DNA from: a virus
Lineage: Duplodnaviria; Caudoviricetes
Strand: one strand, 5' to 3'
DNA length: 37,078 nt
IMG/VR virus record: IMGVR_UViG_3300034420_000015
Span: 1 to 37,078 of that record
The notes under the pieces were generated by a model that saw only the letters and a program-made list of their open reading frames with translations, ran no database searches and was not told the DNA's origin. Shown piece after piece: positions 25,737-34,021 of the stretch (position 1 is the stretch's first letter; every line of letters begins with the position of its first letter). A program made the translations under genes and the position numbers.

Positions 25737-28204
25737 TATACGTCCGTGATGATGAATTCGGGTTCCGACTCGTAGATTTCTTGGCGCTTCTTGGAGTGGT
25801 CTTGTAGGAACTTGGCCTTGTCGTCGAAATCGATGACTATGGCATTCTTCTTGTTGCCGAATGTACGTAGAACGCGTCCGACTCGCTGTAGTGCGCGTGT
25901 GCTTGACTTGCCGCCGCCGAGTAGCACCAATGCTTCGAGCGGCCTGATGTCGAGTCCTTCGTCTGCGATGGTTGTAGCGACGAGTAGTTTCACTGTGCCG
26001 TCGCGCATGCCCTGAATCGTACTATTGCGTGTGTCGCTGGTGTCCTTGCCGGACAAAAATGGGACTGGCTCGCCCAAAATCGACTCTAGTTCGTTGGCGA
26101 TGAATGCGCCGTGCGAGATATGGCGCACCAGAACCATGGTCGTCTTGCCCTTACGTACCAGCGAGAGCGTCTGTGTAATTCCGAGCGCGTTACGCGCGGA
26201 GTTGTTCACGATGTACTGATCGTACACGGTCGAGTATTTGGTTCCCTTGGGGAACATCACTGGCGGCACTGGTACGAACTTGATGTATGGGCGCACTAGG
26301 TAGCCCATGTTGATCAATGTGCTGGCGGAGATATCAACCACCACCTGACCGAACACAGCTTCGAGCACTAGGTCGGCTCCATCGTCGCGCCACGGCGACG
26401 CTGAAAGCCCGATACGATACATCGCGTTGTCAATCGCGGATAGTACGTTCGTCGCTGTCGGTGCCGCCACGCGGTGGCAGTTGTGTACAAGAATATTTCC
26501 AGCAAAGAATGAGTGCGTTTGCTCTACTTCTAGATCGTAGACATGCTCCCTACGTCCGGCGTCCAGAACAGATGCACGCAAGAGAGCAACAGGACCGCCA
26601 ATGTCTAGGCGCTCGCCACCATCTGCGCATCCGAGTATCTTGTAGCGCATTGACTCAATGATATGTGGGCCAACAATGCGCGTGAACCGATCTATGTTGT
26701 CCCTGCCGGTTGCGTCTAGTCTCCAATATTTGTTCTTTGTGCGAGTTTTCGTCCATATGACGCCATGATGACTATAAAACCAAGATACAATCAAGTCTAC
26801 TGATTCCTCGTCAAATCCTTCTGTGTGGATTGATATGACGGTCCCCCTACCGTTATTGCTCCCGTCGTCCATAAACCACCACGCGAGTCCTCTACTGTCT
26901 AAAGCGTCTAGCCATTCAGCAGTTGGTTTACGCGCAACGTTGATTGGGAGCCGATCAAACAACTTGTCGCATTTAGTGTTGAACCATAAAGTCGTATTAC
27001 CAAACCCCGCATTTCTACGCGACTGTACGCCCGTTCCGACCATTGCTCGAATTGTTCGCTCCTTGGCGTGAATATATTCTTTCTGGTTGGGGCCGTGAAC
27101 GAAGCGCATACGCTTTTTACCGCTCGGTAGCGCGTCGAACGATCCGTCACCAAGACCAGATCCAAGTATCAACTGTTCAATCGCCTCGTCACGCATGGTG
27201 CGTACCAATTCGCCAAGCACTTTATTAGCGTTGACATATCCTTTGTCTTGGACGTAGATTGGATGATCACGCGTGCACGAAAGATTGCCTATCTCAATAA
27301 TATTTTGTACGCCACGTTTTATGCGTCGCAAGATCTTTCTGTTGACGAGTACGCCATCGTGCATAGTCAGAACGCTAGTCCCAACTCCCGACTCCACGAT
27401 ATCCCTGATTGGTACTGCTCCTACGTCTGTTGTTACGAGAGTGTCTCCGGAAATACACTCATCCATGATTACGACGCCAGCACTCTGTATCGTCTGTACA
27501 ACCTGCGGGATTTTGGCGTCGTCCATCTTGGCTTCGTCGTCCTCGTCTTCCGAGTACGCGTACTTCTCATAGTCGGCCTTGAGCGCTAGCGCGGCGGTCT
27601 GAATGGTGCAAATCGTGATGTCGTTCGGCTCGCAGTGGGCGTCGCCGATCAGCCCGACGCGATCTTCGCCAAAGATCTTGGCGAAGACGTCGTGTGCTTG
27701 ATACATCAAGTCCTTGGTGTGCACCAAGAAGATGGTGGGCATGCCACACTCGGCGATCACACGAGCGGCAATGTATGTCTTGCCGCCGCCAGTGGCTACC
27801 TTGACCATACAACGGCCCGTTTCCATAATCACGCGTACTGCTTCCTCTTGGTATCCTCGCTGTTCGAATCCGCTGAGGTCTGTGGTGTACGTGCGCCATG
27901 CGGCCCACGGCTTGGTGTTGTACTCGGTGTTGTACTCGATGTGGTTTGCAGTCAGAATATATTCTACTCGCGGAAGCAATCCAGATGGGAACGTGCGGAA
28001 TCCCTTGTGGTATAGCCGCTTCATCCCGTCCCAATTTGCCATCTTACCATATCGAGGGCCGTACTTCATAGCGTTGTTGCGCTTCATGAATTCGGCATTC
28101 TCGACTTGGTATGAGCACGCTTCACTAATGGCGTTCGTTACCGCGAATGGCAATACGCCATCCTCGATGCGTGACGTAGCGTGTCCGACGCGAATCGTGA
28201 TCAT
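25736..28204 (-). CDS. SF2 helicase (ResIII/UvsW/XPB-like), intein-containing
   Basis: RGYQ, ATGGGKT, DE//CH, GLSASP.R.D, DEGLDI, QRVGRVLR. Confidence 0.93.
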   Translation of the reverse strand: MITIRVGHATSRIEDGVLPFAVTNAISEACSYQVENAEFMKRNNAMKYGPRYGKMANWDGMKRLYHKGFRTFPSGLLPRVEYILTANHIEYNTEYNTKPWAAWRTYTTDLSGFEQRGYQEEAVRVIMETGRCMVKVATGGGKTYIAARVIAECGMPTIFLVHTKDLMYQAHDVFAKIFGEDRVGLIGDAHCEPNDITICTIQTAALALKADYEKYAYSEDEDDEAKMDDAKIPQVVQTIQSAGVVIMDECISGDTLVTTDVGAVPIRDIVESGVGTSVLTMHDGVLVNRKILRRIKRGVQNIIEIGNLSCTRDHPIYVQDKGYVNANKVLGELVRTMRDEAIEQLILGSGLGDGSFDALPSGKKRMRFVHGPNQKEYIHAKERTIRAMVGTGVQSRRNAGFGNTTLWFNTKCDKLFDRLPINVARKPTAEWLDALDSRGLAWWFMDDGSNNGRGTVISIHTEGFDEESVDLIVSWFYSHHGVIWTKTRTKNKYWRLDATGRDNIDRFTRIVGPHIIESMRYKILGCADGGERLDIGGPVALLRASVLDAGRREHVYDLEVEQTHSFFAGNILVHNCHRVAAPTATNVLSAIDNAMYRIGLSASPWRDDGADLVLEAVFGQVVVDISASTLINMGYLVRPYIKFVPVPPVMFPKGTKYSTVYDQYIVNNSARNALGITQTLSLVRKGKTTMVLVRHISHGAFIANELESILGEPVPFLSGKDTSDTRNSTIQGMRDGTVKLLVATTIADEGLDIRPLEALVLLGGGKSSTRALQRVGRVLRTFGNKKNAIVIDFDDKAKFLQDHSKKRQEIYESEPEFIITDV
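26480..27457 (-). mobile_element. 326-aa intein with LAGLIDADG homing endonuclease
   Basis: Starts CISGDTLV, block B CTRDHPIY, LAGLIDADG helices LILGSGLGDGS and LAWWFMDDGS, ends VYDLEVEQTHSFFAGNILVHN followed by Cys+1. Confidence 0.95.
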
Positions 28205-28689
28205 TGTACTGGTGGCGTTAGTGTGCAGAAAAACGGTGGAACGTAGAAGTGTCCTGGGAAGTCAAGACGTAGCAATTCAGCATTATGAAGCTCTATGAAG
28301 CGTTTGCGTTGTTCGGCATTCAAGTGCTGAAAGTAGAACTTTGTAGTGTTAATTTGGCGTGTTGTCCAGACCCACTGTGTGGGATCGTCGCCCCTTGGAC
28401 TATCTGGCGCACGAAACGTTTGTTGGAACTGCGCTCCACAAAAATTACGCACGTAGACCTTATAATTCTTGTCAGTCGGCGTGAGTGTAACGTCGCGAAG
28501 TTCGAGTCGTGCCATGAATACGTCTGGGTCGAGCGATCCACAAAAACTACAAGTGTTATCTGGACCCCAAACATCAGACCCAAATGCCTTGAACATTACG
28601 CCTTCTGCGCGTCGTGGGCACGAGTGAATTGGCGAACCAGCGCGGCGCGGGTGGCTCGCCAATAGTTTGTCTTCGAAATCGTTCGACAT
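28201..28689 (-). CDS. Hypothetical protein (CSFCGS motif)
   Basis: GGAG RBS; ATGA overlap with the helicase start. Confidence 0.7.
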   Translation of the reverse strand: MSNDFEDKLLASHPRRAGSPIHSCPRRAEGVMFKAFGSDVWGPDNTCSFCGSLDPDVFMARLELRDVTLTPTDKNYKVYVRNFCGAQFQQTFRAPDSPRGDDPTQWVWTTRQINTTKFYFQHLNAEQRKRFIELHNAELLRLDFPGHFYVPPFFCTLTPPVQ

Positions 28690-28711
28690 TATTCTCCCCT
28701 AGCGACCAGTA

Positions 28712-29185
28712 TCAAGGCACGCTGTCCCATGATGACCTCTTCTCCATGCGCTCGACACGCGCTGTGTGGTTTGCCCTCTCTGGCATATCGCGCTCGTCAT
28801 CGAGAGCCACTGTGATGCGACGGCTGACAGCTTCATACTTGAGCTTCACCGCGTTGCCAAGTTCATAAAGAGCTTCCTTCTTCTTGAGCATCTCGTCTGC
28901 CTTGGCGTCGTCCGAGTACTTGAATCGTGCGCGCTGGTACGACGCCGAGGACCATAGGTAGCGTAGATAAGCGAATAGATTCGCCAGCCGCGCAAGGAGA
29001 TAGTCGAGGCGCTGACGCTCGGCATTCTTGTCGGTCGAGTTACCTTCTGGTACTTTAGCCAGCACCAGCGGCTCTAGAATCGCGAGCATATCCTTGAACG
29101 AGATTTCTGATAGGTTATTCACCGTCAGATTCTTGATCGTGGAAATCTCGTCGAATTCAGCGTCCATGTGACTTTCGCTCGTCAT
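28712..29185 (-). CDS. Helical protein, possible UvsY-like recombination mediator
   Basis: 157 aa, all-helical pattern, lies between RecA/resolvase and a UvsW-like helicase; function is inferred from context only. Confidence 0.45.
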   Translation of the reverse strand: MTSESHMDAEFDEISTIKNLTVNNLSEISFKDMLAILEPLVLAKVPEGNSTDKNAERQRLDYLLARLANLFAYLRYLWSSASYQRARFKYSDDAKADEMLKKKEALYELGNAVKLKYEAVSRRITVALDDERDMPERANHTARVERMEKRSSWDSVP

Positions 29186-29186
29186 C

Positions 29187-29615
29187 TTAGCGCACCGTTA
29201 CAAGGCCCTTTTGGGCCAGATCGTACTGCATTTGCGCAACCGCGTTACCAAGCTGGAGTAGCGGGGCGCTCATGCGCCGTTCCATCGCGGCGAGCATTGA
29301 CCCAGCAATGCCGTCTTGGATAACGTCCTTCACCAGCTTTTCGAGTTCTGCCGGATGATCGGCGATCCATTGATCGACGACAGTTTCTACGTGCGTCTTC
29401 GCCGCTTCCTGGAGCCACTCTACCAAGTATGGCTGGAGAGTCTCCGTGCCGCCCCAAGAGCTACGCTGTACCGTGCGCGGCTTTGTAAATGCTTCGTCCA
29501 ATGTCCGTGCGATCAGAGCGCGAATATCGTCGGCTTCGATGAGATCGCCCAACTGGTCTTGGATTTTAGCGATGATCTTCTCTTGGAGCGGCGTCGGTCC
29601 GATGAGGTTTGTCAT
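29187..29615 (-). CDS. Hypothetical protein
   Basis: Start MTNLIGP overlaps the resolvase stop (ATGA). Confidence 0.65.
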   Translation of the reverse strand: MTNLIGPTPLQEKIIAKIQDQLGDLIEADDIRALIARTLDEAFTKPRTVQRSSWGGTETLQPYLVEWLQEAAKTHVETVVDQWIADHPAELEKLVKDVIQDGIAGSMLAAMERRMSAPLLQLGNAVAQMQYDLAQKGLVTVR

Positions 29616-30163
29616 TTTGACAGGTTGTGTTGGTGGATTAGATCGGAAAAGGTGTACATGTCGAGCATCAGCCACCGCTCGATAGATTCTAGATCGTGAA
29701 GATGAACATCAACCCACAGCGGTGAAGTGAACTCGACAATCGGGACAAAGAACCCATTCTCGTTGCCCGACGCCATGATCGAAAGCGACTGCTCAACACG
29801 GAGTCCGGTTTGCGCGACGAACCACCTGCAATCGTTCTCGCGCATGAACACAGCCGCAACTGATACCTGCATTCCCTTGTTGCGCGTTATGATGATCGGA
29901 GTCCGACCATTAACGGCGCCCTTCTGCATCTGCTTAATCCACTTAGCCTTCACAGAGAAATTCGGCGATTTCGGCTGTGTCTTGCACTCTGCCGACCAGT
30001 ATCCATCTTTCTCGTAGAAGCCATCCACTACGTCGCCGCCGCCCCAATCAACCATGGCTCCAGAGTATGGAACTCTCGTCCAACGTAGGTAGTCAGCAAC
30101 GGACCGCTCGAACGCGCGGCCACGATTCTTATTGAGTCTACCTACCTTGGAGAAGTCTGTCAT
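29612..30163 (-). CDS. Holliday junction resolvase (Hjc-like PD-(D/E)XK)
   Basis: NKNRGRAFER.VA..L, RVPYSGA, GDV, AECK, W..Q. Confidence 0.85.
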   Translation of the reverse strand: MTDFSKVGRLNKNRGRAFERSVADYLRWTRVPYSGAMVDWGGGDVVDGFYEKDGYWSAECKTQPKSPNFSVKAKWIKQMQKGAVNGRTPIIITRNKGMQVSVAAVFMRENDCRWFVAQTGLRVEQSLSIMASGNENGFFVPIVEFTSPLWVDVHLHDLESIERWLMLDMYTFSDLIHQHNLSK

Positions 30164-30468
30164 AGCCCGAAGCTCTCTAGCATAGCTAGCGCCTCACTCG
30201 CCTTTTCGCCTTGCTGGAATCGCACATCGCGGTCCATTGACTGGATCAGCTTGCGAACCATACTGGCCATCTGGCTGAAACGCGCTTCGCGGATGTTACA
30301 GTAGAAATCAAGTAGACGACGCGCTACCTCGTCTGTGTGTTCGGGATCGATCCACAACGTGCCGTCTGTGTCGATCGTCAGAATCGCATTACTTGGCGTG
30401 CCAGCGGACACCACCAATGCGAAATGCTTCGCATCTGGGACCCTGATCGCTAGATCGGTGTCAGTCAT
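30160..30468 (-). CDS. Hypothetical protein
   Basis: Start MTDTD after GGAAGG; overlaps both neighbours. Confidence 0.6.
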   Translation of the reverse strand: MTDTDLAIRVPDAKHFALVVSAGTPSNAILTIDTDGTLWIDPEHTDEVARRLLDFYCNIREARFSQMASMVRKLIQSMDRDVRFQQGEKASEALAMLESFGL

Positions 30469-30667
30469 CGTAATCCTTCCCCTTGTTGCGTTGAAAACCA
30501 CCGCCCATGTCGTGCTCTTCGAACTCGTCGTCTAGATCCCAGAGGGGATTGTCTTCCTCTGGGTCGCGTTCGCGATCGTTGTCTTCGTCTACGTGGCCTT
30601 CGGAAGGCTCAGGCAGTTCGTTGTCTTCATCGTAGGCGTGAAACCACTCGTCGTCTTCGTAAGACAT
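30461..30667 (-). CDS. 68-aa highly acidic protein
   Basis: Starts MSYEDDEWF 1 nt after the recA stop; 29 of 68 residues are D/E. Confidence 0.65.
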   Translation of the reverse strand: MSYEDDEWFHAYDEDNELPEPSEGHVDEDNDRERDPEEDNPLWDLDDEFEEHDMGGGFQRNKGKDYDD

Positions 30668-30668
30668 C

Positions 30669-31679
30669 TTAGTCTGCAGCTTCCGCCTGTAGGATGAGGG
30701 CGCGGATGTAGTCCACGAGGTTTGGCTCTTCCTTGATCGCGTCTTCGAGCGCGGCACGACCAGCGAATCGCTTATCTTCGCCTAGAACCTCGCCAGTTTC
30801 TAGATCGACCATTGGCAGGTAGAACCACGATCCGGACTGACGAATTGCACCGCACGAAATGGCCGTATCAACCATATCGCTTGTCAAGTCGAGTCCCGTA
30901 CTGTACATGAGGTCGAATTCGGACGTCTGGAATGGCACGCCGACCTTGTTCTTGATGATGTTGGTGCGCAAGCGATGGCCAATTCGCATGTCTCCCTTCT
31001 TGTAAACTTGGCCTGGCTTGATTTCAACGATCATCGACGCGTAGTGACGTAGCGCCTTGCCGCCTGGAGCATAGAGTTGCTTACCGCCCTTCCACCAGCT
31101 AGGCGGATTTGGGTTCTCGCGCATCTGGTTGACGAACATTACCGCTGTTCGCTGATGCAGAGTCGCGACAACTTTCGGTAGCTCTTCGGAGTGCATTCGC
31201 GCGACTGCGGCTCGACCACCAGCCTCACCAGCCGCTGTGTCAATCGCGTCACGTGTGGTCAATGCAGTTGTTGAATCAAACCCAACGACATCGAATTGAC
31301 CGCACGACGCCATTTCGCGTAGAAGGTCATACGCCATGTCAAGCGTTGTTGGGCGGCGTACAAATGGTGCGAGTTCCTCCCAATTGACACCCAATAGGCG
31401 CGCAAAATTGGGGGTAAGAGCGTGCTCTGCGTCGATGAATGCACAGCGTCCTCCCTGTGCTTGAGCGTGTGCAATCGTCTTCAACAGCATGAGCGTCTTA
31501 CCGCTATGTTCCTCGCCCTGCATAATCGAGATACGATTACGAGGGAATCCTCCAATGCCGGTGGACGAGTCGAACGAAGTGATCCCTGTGGGGGCAGGGA
31601 CCACTTCGGTAGACCCAATGCCGCCGTCGATCGCGTCGATCTTGGCGAGCAAATCCTTAAGGTCTTTCTCGTCTGACAT
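30669..31679 (-). CDS. recA: RecA/UvsX-like recombinase
   Basis: GIGGFPR.RI, GEEHSGKT, AFIDAEHAL, FVNQMR, PGGKALRHYAS, KNKV..PF, GSWF. Confidence 0.95.
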   Translation of the reverse strand: MSDEKDLKDLLAKIDAIDGGIGSTEVVPAPTGITSFDSSTGIGGFPRNRISIMQGEEHSGKTLMLLKTIAHAQAQGGRCAFIDAEHALTPNFARLLGVNWEELAPFVRRPTTLDMAYDLLREMASCGQFDVVGFDSTTALTTRDAIDTAAGEAGGRAAVARMHSEELPKVVATLHQRTAVMFVNQMRENPNPPSWWKGGKQLYAPGGKALRHYASMIVEIKPGQVYKKGDMRIGHRLRTNIIKNKVGVPFQTSEFDLMYSTGLDLTSDMVDTAISCGAIRQSGSWFYLPMVDLETGEVLGEDKRFAGRAALEDAIKEEPNLVDYIRALILQAEAAD

Positions 31680-32779
31680 TACTCAGCCACCACGGTGCTC
31701 TTGATGTCAACGAGCAGGGTGTCAAGCTGAGCAACCGTGAGATCCTTCAGTCGCGTCTTGCCACCGCCGTGCTTCTTGATGACGTTCACCATTTCGGCAA
31801 CGTCCTCGAAGCGTGGCATAGCCTCGAAGTAGCCCTGGACCTCTTCCAGTAGCTCGCCGCGCTTCTTCGAATCCTCGGCCTTCTTCGGCTCCGGCTTGTC
31901 GGCTTTCGGAGCGTCTGCCTTCTTCGGCGGCTCTGCTGGCTTGTCGGCCTTCGGTAGGGCCTTGGTGTTGCCCTTGCCGATCGTCGCCATGTGCTTCGCG
32001 GCAACGCGGCATGCGGCGGCGAGCTGGTCATTCGTGGTGACGTTCTCGGACGCCCATTCCACGTAGCCAGCGTCCGTAACGAGAACGTCGCCGACCGACT
32101 TGTCCTTGTGCTTGCCGAATGTGAACTTGATGATCTTGGCCTCGTCGAAGCTCATCGAGTCAGCCATCGCCGCCGCTGGGTCGTAGTCGATGTCCAAACC
32201 AGCCTCAGACAACATGCGAATCTGATCTTCTTCGGTCACAGGCGGGAAGACGTTCTCCCACTTCCACGCCTCGTCGCTCTCCATCGCCTGTGTGACCTCG
32301 GCGACATTCAGATCGAACGACTTCGGTGAAGCGGATACTGCGTACTCGGTGTCGCGGCCTTCGCCAGAACGCGTGATCGTGATGTCGTACCCGTTCAGAT
32401 GGCCGTTGTTGTTGTAAATCTCACGCAACTGCTTGAAGATGGCTGGGCCACCCTGCAGGATGCGGATTTCGCCACCTTCGGCGACCGGACGCTTCTTGTC
32501 GTCGAGAGCGTAGACCCACGCCCTCATGTTGAACTGCATCGTGTCCGGATAGCGCTTGCCATTGCGCTTTAGGATGAAGTTGTCATCCGCCTTTGCTGTC
32601 GCTGGAATCGAGCGGAAGACCTCCTGCCCACCCTGCACCTGCGAAATCTTGTGGACCCGCGTCGTGTGCGGTTCCTCGTCGAGCACGCGTAGGCGTAGCG
32701 TCACGCCTGATTCGAACTGCACGAACCTACCTGCACCACCACTACCTCGCCCTGCTCTGTCGATGTCGCCCCAAGCCAT
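31679..32779 (-). CDS. ssDNA-binding protein (gp32-like) with extra C-terminal domains
   Basis: LRVL...H...IRIL.GG.AIFKQL...GYDITITRSGEG.DTEY core, then FGKHK...YVEW module, a K/P/A/E linker and a helical tail; GAGGA RBS. Confidence 0.75.
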   Translation of the reverse strand: MAWGDIDRAGRGSGGAGRFVQFESGVTLRLRVLDEEPHTTRVHKISQVQGGQEVFRSIPATAKADDNFILKRNGKRYPDTMQFNMRAWVYALDDKKRPVAEGGEIRILQGGPAIFKQLREIYNNNGHLNGYDITITRSGEGRDTEYAVSASPKSFDLNVAEVTQAMESDEAWKWENVFPPVTEEDQIRMLSEAGLDIDYDPAAAMADSMSFDEAKIIKFTFGKHKDKSVGDVLVTDAGYVEWASENVTTNDQLAAACRVAAKHMATIGKGNTKALPKADKPAEPPKKADAPKADKPEPKKAEDSKKRGELLEEVQGYFEAMPRFEDVAEMVNVIKKHGGGKTRLKDLTVAQLDTLLVDIKSTVVAE

Positions 32780-32829
32780 GCTGATATCCTCGTTAAAGAT
32801 GTGTATGGGAGTCTGATGACTACTAGGTA

Positions 32830-32835
32830 TTGTAC
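32830..32835 (-). promoter_or_regulatory. Possible -10 element (TACAAT) upstream of the SSB-recA genes
   Basis: Lies in one of the few intergenic gaps; no canonical -35 seen. Confidence 0.3.
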
Positions 32836-32851
32836 GCGCGACGGTTATCGG

Positions 32852-34021
32852 CTAAACGTCGTAGATGAACTGGAGTGAATCGGTGAGATTAATCGTGTGG
32901 TTGTCGTCTGGGCCGGTCTTGATGTAGCCGACGCGCGGACGCATAAAATGGCTGTATCCGTCGAAGATTCCGCGCAGGAACAGGTTGAGCTTCGCCACTA
33001 TTTCGCTATTCGGGTCGTCACGAAGAAGAGCGACGAACCCATCAGTGTCCATACCGTAAAGGCGATGGTCGATATAGTCCGCGAACGTAACGGCCAAGAA
33101 GTCTGGCATGCAGACGTCGAACATCCGGTGTAGGCGGTGATTGTCGATTTCGAAGATGCGACGTACGCGCTTCGTAACCGTAGTGCGCTCGATCAGCGGG
33201 ACAGGGGACCCACTGCGCTGAGTAATCTCATCCCACGTCATTTCACGTCCACCGAACGGACCGGAGTTGCCGATCTGTACTCCGTTCTCGTAGACGTTAC
33301 CGACGCGAATTGGGTACGTCCGGATCGTTGCCGTGACGCTACGCACGTATGTATCTGGAATGCCTAGATCGGCCAGTACTTGCATCGGCGTGGTTTGGCG
33401 GCTCGTGCAGTATGGGTACGCGATCCCGTGATGGATGTCTAGGTCGAAACCCTGCGATCCTTCGACCAGAACATTCTTGCCAGCGCGTATCGCGTTCAGC
33501 GTCAACGCGGTGGTGTCTGTGATGAACGGCTTCAACCATGGAATGTCGCGAGCGAGTTGTACATCCTGCGACCGCATGACCTTACGAGCCAGAGCACGAC
33601 CACATCCCTTGGCAGTAGAAGCCAAGTAGATTGTCTTCGAGCGCTCATATTCTGCATCATCAGGAGATATGATCATCGCTCGATCGCTGATCCGCAGTCG
33701 CTGGTCCGCATTGTAGGCGGAGCACTCGTTCAACTCGGTTTCGAGCCGACTGAGGGTGATTGCTGACGAAGGGCCAATCACCAGATGTGGGATGTCGGGG
33801 TTGACCACTCCGACAGGGAGTTGCTGGACCATCACCTTCTCACACGCTGGCGGTCCACTGATCCAAGTGTGACCAGCGTTTGTCATGAACGTGCAAGCGG
33901 CGATTTCGTAGTCGCCTCGAAGGGCCATATGCCCGACGATGGCTCCCTTGCCTTCGCTACCTGCCTGACCACCGAATACTACGTCTGCTCCGTTAGTCAG
34001 CAGATTCCTGTGCGTCCGCAT
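32852..34021 (-). CDS. purZ: PurA-family synthetase with PurZ/PurZ0 signature (putative diaminopurine pathway enzyme)
   Basis: GGQAGSEGKG (Ser in place of the catalytic Asp of PurA GDEGKG), NAGHT, ST.KG.G, VEGSQGF.LD, YPYCTSR, RTYPIRV.....NSGP, ERTTVTKRVRR, TFADY; short archaeal-PurA-like architecture. Confidence 0.85.
   Translation of the reverse strand: MRTHRNLLTNGADVVFGGQAGSEGKGAIVGHMALRGDYEIAACTFMTNAGHTWISGPPACEKVMVQQLPVGVVNPDIPHLVIGPSSAITLSRLETELNECSAYNADQRLRISDRAMIISPDDAEYERSKTIYLASTAKGCGRALARKVMRSQDVQLARDIPWLKPFITDTTALTLNAIRAGKNVLVEGSQGFDLDIHHGIAYPYCTSRQTTPMQVLADLGIPDTYVRSVTATIRTYPIRVGNVYENGVQIGNSGPFGGREMTWDEITQRSGSPVPLIERTTVTKRVRRIFEIDNHRLHRMFDVCMPDFLAVTFADYIDHRLYGMDTDGFVALLRDDPNSEIVAKLNLFLRGIFDGYSHFMRPRVGYIKTGPDDNHTINLTDSLQFIYDV

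Noticed and set aside
32852-34021. Ordinary host-like purA auxiliary metabolic gene
   Set aside because: The catalytic Asp of GDEGKG is replaced by Ser, and the overall motif set is PurZ-like.
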